From assembly GCF_022045235.1 (NCBI RefSeq), contig NW_027266275.1, positions 28,086,001-28,150,000 of the forward strand: 64,000 nucleotides of DNA. Reading direction: 5' to 3'. The stretch comes from Haliotis cracherodii (taxonomy: Eukaryota). Under the pieces are notes generated by a model. It was not told the origin of the DNA, did no database searches, and saw nothing but the letters and a program-made list of their open reading frames with translations. A program made the translations under genes and the position numbers. This document shows positions 48,970 through 64,000 of this stretch, piece after piece (the first letter of the stretch is position 1; every line of letters begins with the position of its first letter).

Positions 48970-51900
48970 TCAACCAATTTCTTGCAGAAGTCCCTTAAGT
49001 CTCGCCACAGGGTCGATGTTGTCGTCAAGCCTCGTATAAGATGTGCGACAAAGTTCGCGATTATTAGCCAAAAATTCCTTGAGATCATCCAAAGGTTTCC
49101 TGTCGCCTGCCGTCAAGCTGTTCCATATGGGAAGATCAGACGCCGCAGGAATCCTTTTAAGTGCACTATCCAGATTCTCAATTGCAGCACCCTCTACCCA
49201 TTCCTCGTCCATGGAAACAGATTTTGTCACTGTCTTCTTCATTTGACCACTTTCCTTTACTTTTTGTACAGTCGCATATTCGGGCAAAGCATCTGGTTTA
49301 GTTTCATGGGGCGGGTTCTTCGTCTCCTGTGTTTTAGCCGTCGTATCTTGGTAACTGTCCAGTGTAGAGTAACCAATGGCCGTGTCGTCTGCGCCAATGG
49401 GTGTTGTCTGCTGACGTTCTTCTTGCATTGTTTCTTTAGCCTTGTTGATCACATACAGAGAATTCTCCCGAAACACATCTGGGTTGGTTTTGGGAGGTCC
49501 TGACCCGTCGTCTGTCGTCCTTGGGAGAAAGTCGGCGACTTCAGCATACATGTTTGACGAGGAAGATAACACCCTCTCTGGTGGGCCACCAAGTGCGAGG
49601 CAGTCTACGACGTCGGCGTACATTGCAGACGCCGTGTTGCTGCCGGAACCCGTCTTATTTTCAGGTGGCGCTAGGGAAGGAGCCGCGGCGTCGTCGATGA
49701 CGATCTCTTCATAGCCGGCATCAGGGGCAGCACGTCTGGCGGACATTAACGACAATGTAACCATGGCCTGACTCAATTAAAACACAGATTTGCAATAACA
49801 TTGAAACAGAAACAGCCCAATCATATACAAATTGATACACCTCATAGTTCACTATAGGACAGGTCAATTAAATTTGGTGACCAAGGTAGTGGTTGGAGAG
49901 ATGAGGTGATATGGTGTTTATCGTCGCGTCAAAGATTACTGCACTTATATAGCGACGTGCATGCACGTGTGTGTATGTGAGACTGCTTGTACTAGTCCGG
50001 ACTAATGCTGATTTTATACCATGCTGCAGTTTAACACAAATAACCCACTCAGACCCAGCATACTGACTCCGCGCCGACCAGCCCTTGTTCTAGTCCCCTT
50101 GGAATGCCGAGCGCCAGGCAGGGTAACAACAAGTACTTTCAACGTCTTTTTTAACGTCTTTTGGTATGATGCGGCCGGGGATCGAACCCCGGACCTTCCG
50201 CTCTCCGGGTGGACACTCTACCACTTGACCACGAAGGCGGTCTAGTGGTAGGTATTAACGTTTAAAAAATAATGAATGACTATTTAAAATGTAGTCTTTC
50301 GGATCCTATCGGAGGTAATGGTGTGCTGAAATGTCTACAGCGCACATCGGAAGACTTTTATGACAACTTACACCGCAAGAAGGTTAACAGTCACATAACT
50401 ATCTCGTCCTGCCGGGTACCCATAAGTGACATATTGCACATCTGATCATAACCTGAAGTAATGAGGGGCTAGGGTAACAGCAGTCACTTTAAGATGAGAC
50501 TAGAGGTATGGGAATGTGTTAAAGCCAGACGGAGGTCTTGTGTGAGGAGGTAGTGTCTCCTCGTGGTGTACTCACCTTCTGCCGGAGGCCGTCCTGTCCT
50601 TGTGAATCATGGCTTGTTGGAGATGTCGCACCCAGTTGCTGCACTCGATGGCTGTTGCTGCCGTCTAAACATGTGGCATGCGATTTCATCATAATATATT
50701 CAAGTCGAAATGTAATTAAGAATTTACTTCTGTTTTAAATACGATGGTTTTGGTTGTGCACACAACACAATTGTTTGTCTGTTTCTTTATTGTTTAACGC
50801 CCCACTCAGCTACATTCCAGCTACATGACGGCGGTCTGTGAATACTGTGGACCAGACAATCCAGTGATTGACATGATGAGCATCGATCCACACATTTGAG
50901 ATACTATGACATGCATCAACCAAGTCAGCGAGCCTGAGCACTCGATCCCATTAGTCGCCTCTTGCGACAAGCATAGTCGCCTTTTACGGCAAGCATGGGT
51001 TGCTGAAGACCTATTCTACCCCGGATCTTCACGGGTCCGTAACAAAATTGAGAAATGGAGAGGGAGAGTTCTAGTTTCACGTTAAAAACCCTTTTACTTA
51101 ATATACTGATGAAATTCTACATCTTTTATCGTGGTGGGGTCGGGGAGGGGGCTGGGTTTTTTCGTCAGAGTTGCGTCCCTTGAGCACGCCAGACTCCTTT
51201 GATCGTGGGCTCGATGACCGGTTCGCCCTGATTAGGTTTCTGGGTTTGTCAGCACCATACCATACTCGTGAGTTTCATAATCGTGGCAAATGTCTGAGTC
51301 TTGCATCACTTTTCTCCCACATTAAGCTGGTATATCTGGAATACTGCTAAAAGCGGAATTAACCCCAACTCACTCATTCACTATATCAATGGCCATGGTT
51401 AAAGAGTCTCCATCTTGGTCCTTCTTCCCCCGCCGTTCACACAAGATACCTCTAGTTGTCCAGCCGGACTCGATTATTGACAGCGAGTTTCACTTCGGGC
51501 TTTCCTCCCACATTAAGCTGACACGCCGTGATGTAACTGGAAATCTGTTCAAAGCGGCGTTTACCCCAACTCACTCACACACTAATAATGCTGACTGTAG
51601 CGTATGGGGTCATTTAGTCAGTCACTGACTCTTAGAACAGCCTGTCGTGGCTAACCTAACGAGATAGGGAAACAGGGAAACAGGTGTGAAAGATTATCAC
51701 CATACAGGAAGTGGGGGTAGATATCTCTGATAACACGTTCCGCCTGAAGTGGGTGTAGGTGTGATTTGATCGTGTAATCTGTGAGGTGATAATACAGGTG
51801 ACCTACAAACAACAGCGTCCTTTGCTTCTTTGTGATGATCTCAAACTGTGTTCCCTGTTTGGCTCCACTTGTCTTTCTCACCATCTGGGCCTCGTTCAAC

Positions 51901-54900
51901 ATCAGCGACTCCACCACTGACGACCTCTGAAACACACAGCAGTACGGCACAACGGGAAAAGACAGCACAACGTGAAAAAACGATGACGGCACAACAAAAC
52001 CACGAGGCGCCATTTTATCACATTAATCCGTATTTTAAGATCTTAGTTATTTCTTGTTTTTAAATATCAATAAATATATATATTTGATATAAAAAATCGA
52101 TTTTTAGATATCTTACAATTTTATATTATATTATAAATTAGATATTTAGATATAGTTAACTACATGGTGTCTAAAATCGATAGAGACATACCAGGAAGCC
52201 ATTTAAAGATCTCTATATATAAATAAGTTAAGAAATATTTAAGTTACATACAGTTAGTGACATCTCAATTCCGATTTAGGGTGAGAGAGTGAGTGAGTTG
52301 GGTTTTATGCCGCTTTTAACAGTATTCCTGTTTTATCACGGCGTGTCAGCTTAATGTGGGAGGAAAGCCCAAGTGATGCAGGTCTCAGACGATTACCACT
52401 TCGGTGAAACCCACGAGCACGGGTATGGTGCTGACAAACCTAGAAACATAATCGTGGCGAACCGGGATTCGAACCCAAAATCATAGGTTTCTGGCTTGCC
52501 CAAGGGACGCAACTGCACAGTGAATCGCGGCGCCTTAGACGACTGGGCCACCCATGCCCCCTCCGATTTAGGATATCACCAAAGACGTATATACATACAA
52601 ACACACAAACACACTGCATGCACGTCGCTATGTTTGATAGGAGGATCGTGTAACTGATAAGCACAATGTGCAAGAAAAGTCCATTGTACAACTTCCTAAA
52701 AAAAAAAGTACTGTCGGAAATGCTAGAAAACTGCTTTTCTGACTTCATTTAATAAATACGAGTCGTGGGACTATAAAAAGAGCATATAATATTATCAAAA
52801 TAACGCGAATTGCCCTAATCTAGCCTGTCCTATCTGGCACTGTGATTACCCTTAAAATGTACTTTTACATGTAAATGATGATAAAAATATTCGTGTGTTG
52901 TCATGCATGTATGTAATGGTCTATAACCTGAGGTAATTACCTAACACCTGTCCCGAGGTGATGACCTCACACCGTCCCGTGCATTCTCACATGTGGAAAT
53001 GTCACCGAGTTGGGGGTGGTGTCAAAATATTGCTGTTATTGTACTTAATTGTCATGCGTTGATGAGGTAGCAATTGTAGGATATGTACTGCGTTATATTT
53101 GCTTGGAAACATGATGGACAAGTTAACAGCTATGAAATGGGATGAGTATTGGAAGGTTGCGGTTTTGGAATCCAGAAGTATTTGTTGTTCTACAGATGAT
53201 TTCTTGAGGTAGCATTTTTCTCCGCTGATGACGTATATGAATCTGTACTTTTGAATGTTGTGTTATGTCTTGCCACGAACCCTGTACATTTAGCCAAGAT
53301 AGACACAACAGGGTTGACCTCACAATGTCTGAGTGTCGTACGTAAGACAACGTGACCGTGTGGTGCCGCCAGCACATATGTCTTGTACTTTGCTGGTTTC
53401 TTTTTCAGCCGAATTTTCTCCATGAGTTGAACTTTCGTTTCATATGGTCTGTATGGACGCCTTCAGACTACTCATGGTTTGGGCGACAGTATCTGATTCC
53501 CGGACGTTATATTAACTGGCGTTATCTATGACAATCACACCGGCGTTGTTTACAATGGACAATAGCTAAAGTACCAACCAGTCTATGAAAACATCATATC
53601 CTATTATTTCCTTATGAAAATCACCAGTTTTCTTTTTCGCCTCGAAAACATCCGTCAATAAGCCCCATATCATGGGTTTGCAGCGTGCAAAACAATGACA
53701 CAATTACCTGTACCTGATGGTAAAATGGGTGCTTTTTGTCCATCTGCCAATAGCCACATGATTCACCAAGGTAAATTATCTGGACGCCCTGACTGTGATA
53801 GTTATGAATGGTTCGGAGATAATGTGACCTCAGACAGGATGGAATATTTTCCCCTGAAAAGTGCTCGGTCCTCGCCACGCGCAGTGTATCGAAATCCCAT
53901 CTCTTGGAGAGCAATAGTGCAGTCCGGGGAACATTAATTGTATTTTTAATTCCTCCCAAATTCTACCACAAGTCAGGGTTACCTTCTGCTCATAAAGCTT
54001 GTACACTATACCCCTAATCACCCTGTATCAAAGCTGTCTAAAATCCATTTACGCCCCAGTTTTGTTTTTGAGACCACCCCTATACCTGTTTGGTTTTCAA
54101 ATCATACCGTAAACTTGATGGTATGAATTGAAAACACCATAGCTTGGGCAGTTCGATAATTCGCCCTATCTAAATAAATACATGGTTTCCCTCTATCTCT
54201 CTAAAGTGTAAAGAACTTGTATGCATTTCCAAATACAGATTCCATATCGTGTACCTTGGTTATAGCTATGCAAGTGTAATGTAACATGCATCATGGGAGC
54301 AATGTTAACCAAAAAACCGCAGCGTCATTTTGTCATTTTAGAAGATGCACATCTAGAATTTTCTCCAAATGATGTTTGTGTGTGGAGTAGATGTTTTATC
54401 ATTGTAACGGAGTCACGTGTGCATATTTCTATAGTTCGTTTCAGACTGCCATCATTGGAATAAATGTGAACTTCCTGTTTTCGTTCGAATTTGTCTCCTG
54501 TAAACTTGTCGATAGGACTCCTTGTGACTGAAATACTTCAAACCACAGGTAGGGCGATCGGAAGTTATTCGATATTCAATAACAACAGTCTGTGAAAAAT
54601 TATATTCCTTTTTAACAGGCAAAAAGCAGTTTTCTAGCATTTCCGACAGTACTTTTAATGCTACCCAGTGTGTCCTCTCACCTTGGATTCCTTATAGTAC
54701 TGCAGACACTCCCCCTGCAGTGTGCACCAGAACCGCGACTTGCCCAGGAAACGCTGAAACAGTCCCTCGATTATCGTGTGTCTGGGAGTAGATACGTCAC
54801 ATCATCTTGCAGTATGTTTGTAAAATTGGGTATCTGACAATGCATTTCGTCACAATGAGCATCGTGCAGTATGTTTGTGAAATTGGGTATCTAGCAATGT

Positions 54901-56229
54901 ATTACGTCACAATGAGTATCGACCCGTGGAGAAAAAAGAGACTATGCTTGTGGTAAAAGGCGACTACCGGGATCGAGTGTTCAGGCTCGCTGACTTGGTT
55001 GATGCATGTCATCGTATCCCAATTGCGTAGATCGATGCTGATCACTAGATAGTCTGGTCCAGACTCGATTATTTACAGACCACCGTCATATACTGCCGAG
55101 TGCGACGTTAAACAACAAACAAAACAAAATACAATGAGAATATTGCAGTGTATATTTGGGTATTACGTCACAATGAGTATATTGTAATGTATATTTGTGA
55201 CAATGGACATCTAGCCAGGTATTACGTCACAATGAGTATCTTGCGATGTATATTTGTGACGATAGGCATCTAGCCATTTATTACGTCACAATGACTATAT
55301 TGTGATATATATTTGTGACAATGGGCATCTAGCCAGATATTACGTCATAATGAGTATATTGCGTATATTTGTGACAATGGGCATCTAGCCAGGTACCTTG
55401 CAGTATGTGCATGCAGCATTAAGTATCTCTGTAAATTACACCATGTGCATTGTGAGGTAATAGTACATACACATCAATCTCAAGCCAACAGTAACAACCT
55501 TTGTGTCGAAGGTGTTGTTTCTTGTAATTAGTCGGATAATGCTTCCTATTCCTTCAGTTACATTGGATGTCGTGTAAACTGACGACTCATTAGAACCTGA
55601 CATCAGTGATCCTATACTTATATGGTCTCTGCGTACACACGACACAAGGCCAACCATTAGCCTTTGGCGTGGTTGGAGGTAACCATAAAGAAAGCTGAAA
55701 AATGCCTACAAACTCATTATCTCATTACCCCCACTCTGTATCCGCCCATGGGTGTGCCCCGAGTCGGGTTACCCCAACTGCGATCGCACACTCGTACACT
55801 GCGTTTACTTTGTACAGTGTACAGAGTGACATGATTAAAGAAATATGTATGTCACATGCTATTCACTAACACTGGCGTTATTCGTATTTATATATCCTTG
55901 TAACGAGGCCATCCCTACAAGCTGGCAGTACACGTGTCCACGGTCCACTTAACACAAAATCATTATGTATATATACGCGACTGCGTTTGTATACTACAGA
56001 TCCGTTCTACCGTGTTGTTAATCATTGACCGAACAGTACAGCGGTCACAAAGACCCTAACAATAAATCAAGAGCCATACAGGTCCTGGCTATACACTTCA
56101 ACGCGAGTCCACTTCCTACATGACCTTAACTGTCAACAGAGCTTTTCCCGACTCGATCACACTTACCGACACGCCACTACTCTGCTTTTCCAGGTAACCC
56201 TCCATTACAGGTGTGTCCAGGGACGCCAT
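48970..56229 (-). CDS. PH-domain docking/adaptor protein with tyrosine-motif-rich tail, ~369 aa, 5 coding exons
   Basis: Exons 56229-56167, 54753-54682, 51926-51807, 50664-50576 and 49735-48970 (phases 0,0,0,2). The spliced N-terminus reads PVMEGYLEKQSS..KSRFWCTLQGECLQYYK..QFEIITKKQRTLLFTAATAIECSNWVRHLQQAM, a complete PH fold with the conserved C-terminal Trp. The tail carries YEEI, YADV, YAEV, YSTL, YATV and YTRL. Confidence 0.86.
52281..52561 (-). mobile_element. tRNA-derived SINE, same family as the 41644 copy
   Basis: TSD tccgatttagg; near-identical to 41644-41928. Confidence 0.88.
52705..54655 (-). mobile_element. ~1.95-kb DNA transposon with ~34-bp TIRs and a decayed Tc1/mariner-IS630-type transposase
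   Basis: TIR aaagtactgtcggaaatgctagaaaactgctttt at both ends. Frameshifted fragments at ~53700-54040 read IRGIVYKLYEQK / LQEMGFRY / RSHYLRTIHNYHSQGVQIIYLGES, where YLDE has become YLGE. Confidence 0.72.
55140..55395. repeat. ~58-bp tandem repeat
   Basis: Repeated tattacgtcacaatgagtat..tatatttgtgacaatgggcatctagcca; related units at ~54790-54920. Confidence 0.8.
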
Positions 56230-56919
56230 TTCACCTGTACACCGACGAACACTGTGGCTGGGGAATTGTCAAACACGAACCAGTACCTGCCTAGGATTGT
56301 GTATGTGGTCTTTATGGCGTTGTCACGTGACTGAGTTTTACTTCCTTGTTGTGACACGGAACGGAAGATTTATCAGCGAGGAATGTCGTAGTGAATACAT
56401 AGTAGTCACACTGATCAGGGCTTACTGACATCTGATACCAATGCATCACAGCTTAACATGGACAGATTCGGAAACAATAGACTGAAAGTTTAGGGGTGGG
56501 TTGCGAAAAATATTTCCCTTGTGCATAAATCTTTCAAACAGTAATTCACTACGAGTAGGCAACTTTATTATTACAAAAACACCACTTGCCAACCCAGGAA
56601 TGTTTCGGTCTTAGGATTGGTGGATAATTAAAATTGAAGTTATTGATTTTGAATAAGAATACAGGAAAACTGGAGTAGTATTCCCCTTGTCAATTTTTAT
56701 TCCTGACATCTGACACCAATGCATCACATCATAACATGGACAGATTCGGAAACAACAGGGGTGAAAGATGGATATCCTCGATCCCCCCTTGTCAATTATA
56801 TAAATCAAACTTTCATGAATTGAGGTTTAACAGCTTATGTCATTTGTGGTGGCATTTACTTAAGAAGTGTCAATGGTGCCTAGGTACATGGTCTCTCTCA
56901 GGAACATGTTCTTGATCTG

Positions 56920-57546
56920 GTGTCAGTGTCTGTTAGAGGTACATGTTCATCAATAGGAGACAATGGTGTGTCTATCAGAGATACATGTTCATCATTAGGA
57001 GACAATGGTGTCTGTCAGAGGTACATGTTTAACATTAGGAGACAATGGCATGTCTGTCAGATGTACATGTTCATCCATAGGAGACAGCGGTGTGTCTGTC
57101 AGAGGTATATGGTCATCATTAGGAGACAATGGTGTCTGTCCAAGGTACATGGTCATCATTAGGAGACAATGGTGTCTGTCAGAGGTACATGTTCATCCAC
57201 AGGAGACAGTGGTGTGTCTGTCCAAAGTACATGTTCAACATTAGGAGACAATACTGTGTCTGTCAGAGGTACATGTTCATCCATAGGAGACAGCGGTGTG
57301 TCTGTCAGAGGTATATGGTCATCATTAGGAGACAATGGCATGTCTGTCAGAGGTACGTGTTCATCATTAGGAGACAATGGCATGTCTGTCAGAGGTACAT
57401 GTTCATCATTAGGAGACAGTGGTGTGCCTGTCAGAGGTACGTGTTCATCATTAGGAGACAATGGCATGTCTGTCAGAGGTACATGTTCATCATTAGGAGA
57501 CAGTGGTGTGCCTGTCAGAGGTACATGTTCATCATTAGGAGACAAA
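56920..57546. repeat. ~42-bp minisatellite upstream of the PH-adaptor gene
   Basis: About 15 units of tgtctgtcagaggtacatgttcatcattaggagacaatgg. Confidence 0.93.
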
Positions 57547-60500
57547 AGTGTGAACAACTCATGTTGCCATGGACTGAATGTGTGAATTAGTGCATGTGCA
57601 CACATGTTCACAAATATACATGACAATACCAAACTTCGCTTAAAACATATTTGTGTAGACTGCACCATAAAACATGAAACATCTATACGCATAAGGATGT
57701 ACAAATGTAGGTATGTATGTTTCCTGGTTATACAGGCTTTCACAGGAAAGGCTTCCCTTCACCAGTCCATAAATAGACATCCATATTCAGCACATAAAAT
57801 ACGTGAAAAGAAAAGTCAAACACATGTGGTGCACAGACAAAATCACTTTTTTATTTTCTGCATGTGTTGACCGCCCATGTATGCATGTTGCCCCCCTTAT
57901 ATTTATATTTACAACCCCCTCACCAGTGTAGAAACACTGGGGCAAGGAGCACAAGGGCCATCATGCGAGGCGTCGCTGTACATGCTGTACAAAAATAAGG
58001 ACATGTGTACACAGCCTCAGACTAAAAAACCAACAGCTTGTTCTGTCCTAGACTTGCACATCGTTGATGCTGAGAGTGGAGAACCAACTGGCTGGCAGCT
58101 GGCTTTGTTGCATTGAACGAGGACTCACACAGTCACACACTCACTCGCGCTCACAGGCTCTCACATATGACACAGTCAGTCTGGCAACACACGCTTCCTA
58201 CATGGACTCTGTGAATGAGATGGGTCATGATGGATACAACAGAATAAACTAAATCATCATAGCTTGAGATGCAGTAAGGCAACTAGTATGGATAGTAGGC
58301 TTCCCGTGAAAAACTGTCTACATTACACAAATAATGTATCTGGGTCATGTTTACGTTTCCACATTAGTTGACCCCTGTTCATGGTCTGGCATTGAACGAG
58401 ACAAGTGTAAATTACTATTTTTAAGCTCAGAATACTTTATAAAATTATAAACGTCTGAGTTCCTCTTCTTTAAGACTTTGGGTTCCCTTCAAATTTCTGA
58501 TACATGAGAGGGAACTGATGTTTCATCTCAAAATGTTTCAACAGTGTCCATAAAATCATATGCCACAATACAGCTAAAGCCAAACGCTGTGAACTAGTGA
58601 GCATAACTCTGTAATACTAACCACACTATTTTTATAAATGAGGACAGAAAATGGAGCCTATCCGACAGAGAAGCTTAGAGAACCTGAGCAAATACATCAC
58701 ACCATGGCAGTGATGAAATACAATCTGGTGTCTAGCTAGACCTGTCCACCATCATCACCAAGGCTTCTCGCATCCTGATGATATGTTTTGGTTATCACAG
58801 ACATTATACAGGGAATACAAGTAAAGGACTGTGACAGAACATCTCAAGATTTGTCAGAAGTAGGCACAGTAATAATTGCATTAAACCTGGTAAGTTATCT
58901 GACCTACAACAGAATGGATTCAAGCAAATATTATTTGGCGTGCTTCTATAATAGTTTGCGTGCAGCTGACAAGCCTGATATCCCAAGGTACATAATAAAC
59001 TTCCACAAAAGCAACAACTACCTCCTTACTCTACATAGCAAGTGACAGACAGTAGAAACATTCACAAGAATGATCATTTCCTTTTTGTCTCCTTTAGTTG
59101 ACGTAAAATACAGAAACTACAGCTGCAGGAATTTGAATCTGTGCAGGTAAGAATTTTTTTTTGAAATTATGTGTTGCGCGATGAAGTTCAGCTTGTTCTC
59201 TTTAAAATTATCAGCAATCAGAACCTGCACCCTGTCATAAAAAATCAATTGGCAGGAAGCTTTAACACGCAAGATTGTGAGATCGGAAAACATTAGCTCT
59301 GGTCCCGAGGCAAATGCTAAATACAACCTGTGAATGATAAACCTGCCACCCAAATGCCTGTGGTGTGATATGCATAATGGCACACACAAACAAACCTCTC
59401 TGAACAAGTGTATGTACATCCATATCACAGTTTACAAAGGGCTCATAACATTCCTTGAATGACAACTAAGACCAATGACCTCTCATTCTAAAGCATTTTG
59501 TCTTTATGATAATCTTCTCAAGCTGTATCGATTGAATGATACCCAGAAATATGGGCGAGGCAACCCAAGTACATAGTCAAACAAGGCATCGTCAAGTCCT
59601 GCTACACTAAACTGATTTAACAATTCCCTCACCCTGGTAATAATGAAAGTACTAACTCATCTTGTTGGACAACCTATCGTGCTTGGTGATTTCATGAAAG
59701 GAGGAAATAGACCAAAACATAACCTTTACACCTTTTAAGAAATTTCCTTGTTTACTTAACTTGATATTCTACATAGTTTTGTTCACTAATTAATTACATA
59801 TGAGGAAATACTGATCAGTATGCTACCTGCTTAGTCCTTCATGCAACATCTGTAACAGGATTGCCCTTTGATTATCAGACTCTCATACCACATTTCTGAT
59901 ACATTCATTAAACAACCTAACAATGTATGTCTTCCCTGCAAAATTATAAATGAGCATAATTGAGTAGCCAAACTCTGGATGAATGCACAACACAGGTGAA
60001 ATGATATCATGACTTGTGTACATCATCAGCTAACTGTTTCAGTCACCATCATACACAGAAAAGGGATGGTAGCAGTGGAATCTAATGGAGTGGCGTTACC
60101 ACAATAACATTGCACAAAAACAGTGAAGAAATGATGTGCTCAATAATAGCACCATATCTCATCAGACCAGGAAAATGCTTTGTGTCATCGGTGCTGCTCT
60201 CATTCACACAAGACAGGGCACAGTAGTGTTACTCAGTATAACAGATCCAAGACCACTTCTCATTCGCTCTCACTCGGTTCATTGTGTTATGTGCTAGACG
60301 TATCTAAATGACTATGCTAACTGGTTCAAACTGTCTGCCTGCCCACCTATTCTGCCCATCAAAAGTTATCTACTTCAGTCAAATAAAGCATCAGCTACAC
60401 ATGTAATCATACATCAATTACCATAAAGAAATATAGGATAAACATCTAATGACAGTCGACCCATGTCGTCAGTATGTTGAGGAGCTGCAATGGGCTCAAC

Positions 60501-61275
60501 AGCAGTTCTTGGTGGCTAAGGTTGGCATCCATGACAACAAAAAATCACATAAGAAAAGAAACATACACTCAGTGTACAGCATAAAAACCATAACCTCAAC
60601 TTGTTTGATGTTTGAAATTTTCATGAAATAAATCACATAAAAGTATGTCTGAGCCAATTTCAGTATAGCACACCCACCCGTACTGTTTTCGACACAGAAC
60701 TGAGCCAATATATGAAGCTACATCTGACATAATTGGCAGCACTTATAATAAACATAGCACTTTCTAAAAACTCATTGCATTATGACAGATTCATAAGCTT
60801 CATATATTTGACACAATCTTCTGTAACAGGTTCTAAAAATAACTGCGTTGTTGGGTTAAAAGTGAATATGAGAAAATGATAATTATTTTGATTAGCACTC
60901 TTCATTTCAGACAACAAGAGAAAGAGAACCTAGCACATGATAAAGGACAATGGTGGGTCTAAAGTATTTCCCAAAAGTTTTCAAGTTTTGTTAACACATC
61001 AGGCACTATAAGCTAACCAACCTAGTAGACAGACAGGTAGACAGACAGACAGGTAGACAGCCAATGAGGCAGTGGATCAGTGTAACGGATGTTCCAGTGT
61101 TGAGGGTATGAGATCAACTCGTTCACTGCCACTGTCATGTGGTGCACATGGTCCTCCATTCCTCTCAAGGGTAACTTCAATGTCCAGCATTTTTAGTCTG
61201 TCCATTCTCGATGCTTGGCAAGCGAGAGGTAACAAAATGGCAGATCCACATCACATTGCTCTCTCGGCACTAACA

Positions 61276-64000
<2,725 letters not shown>

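Noticed and set aside
49736-49776. Treating ORF 48970-49776 as a stand-alone gene or using the upstream phase-0 acceptor
   Set aside because: It starts at TTG, and only the phase-2 acceptor at 49735 keeps the PH-domain frame of the upstream exon.
56920-57743. Overlapping 80-194 aa repetitive ORFs on both strands
   Set aside because: They result from a stop-poor ~42-bp minisatellite; there is no splice or homology evidence.

Overview
Eukaryotic, intron-rich, repeat-rich genomic DNA, most likely an invertebrate. The SINE repertoire suggests a gastropod mollusc such as abalone, but that is inference. The first ~45 kb is a cluster of four gamma-glutamyl hydrolase (GGH, peptidase C26) paralogs. 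Copy A is on the - strand and runs off the left edge after exon 6; copies B, C and D are on the + strand, each with 9 exons I could splice in frame by hand. A two-coding-exon gene for an acidic/coiled-coil/tandem CARD-like protein sits between C and D. Downstream on the - strand are a 5-exon gene for a PH-domain protein with a tyrosine-motif-rich tail and the last three exons of CNOT3, which include a GC-AG intron. Introns contain several SINE families, MITEs, Crypton-like palindromic elements, a LINE 3' end, a decayed DDE transposase and many minisatellites. The most unusual observations are: (1) an antisense SINE that duplicated a GGH exon end and now supplies the 5' splice site with its (GTGA)n tail; (2) minisatellites repeatedly seeded at GGH splice sites and the stop codon; (3) gene conversion centred on the catalytic-Cys exon, plus active-site substitutions between paralogs; (4) a SINE family with no tRNA head, a uniform 5' end and a covarying stem/pseudoknot; (5) a tRNA-containing repeat with Penelope-like tandem-plus-inverted ends. 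All gene models are manual and were not checked against databases or RNA data.
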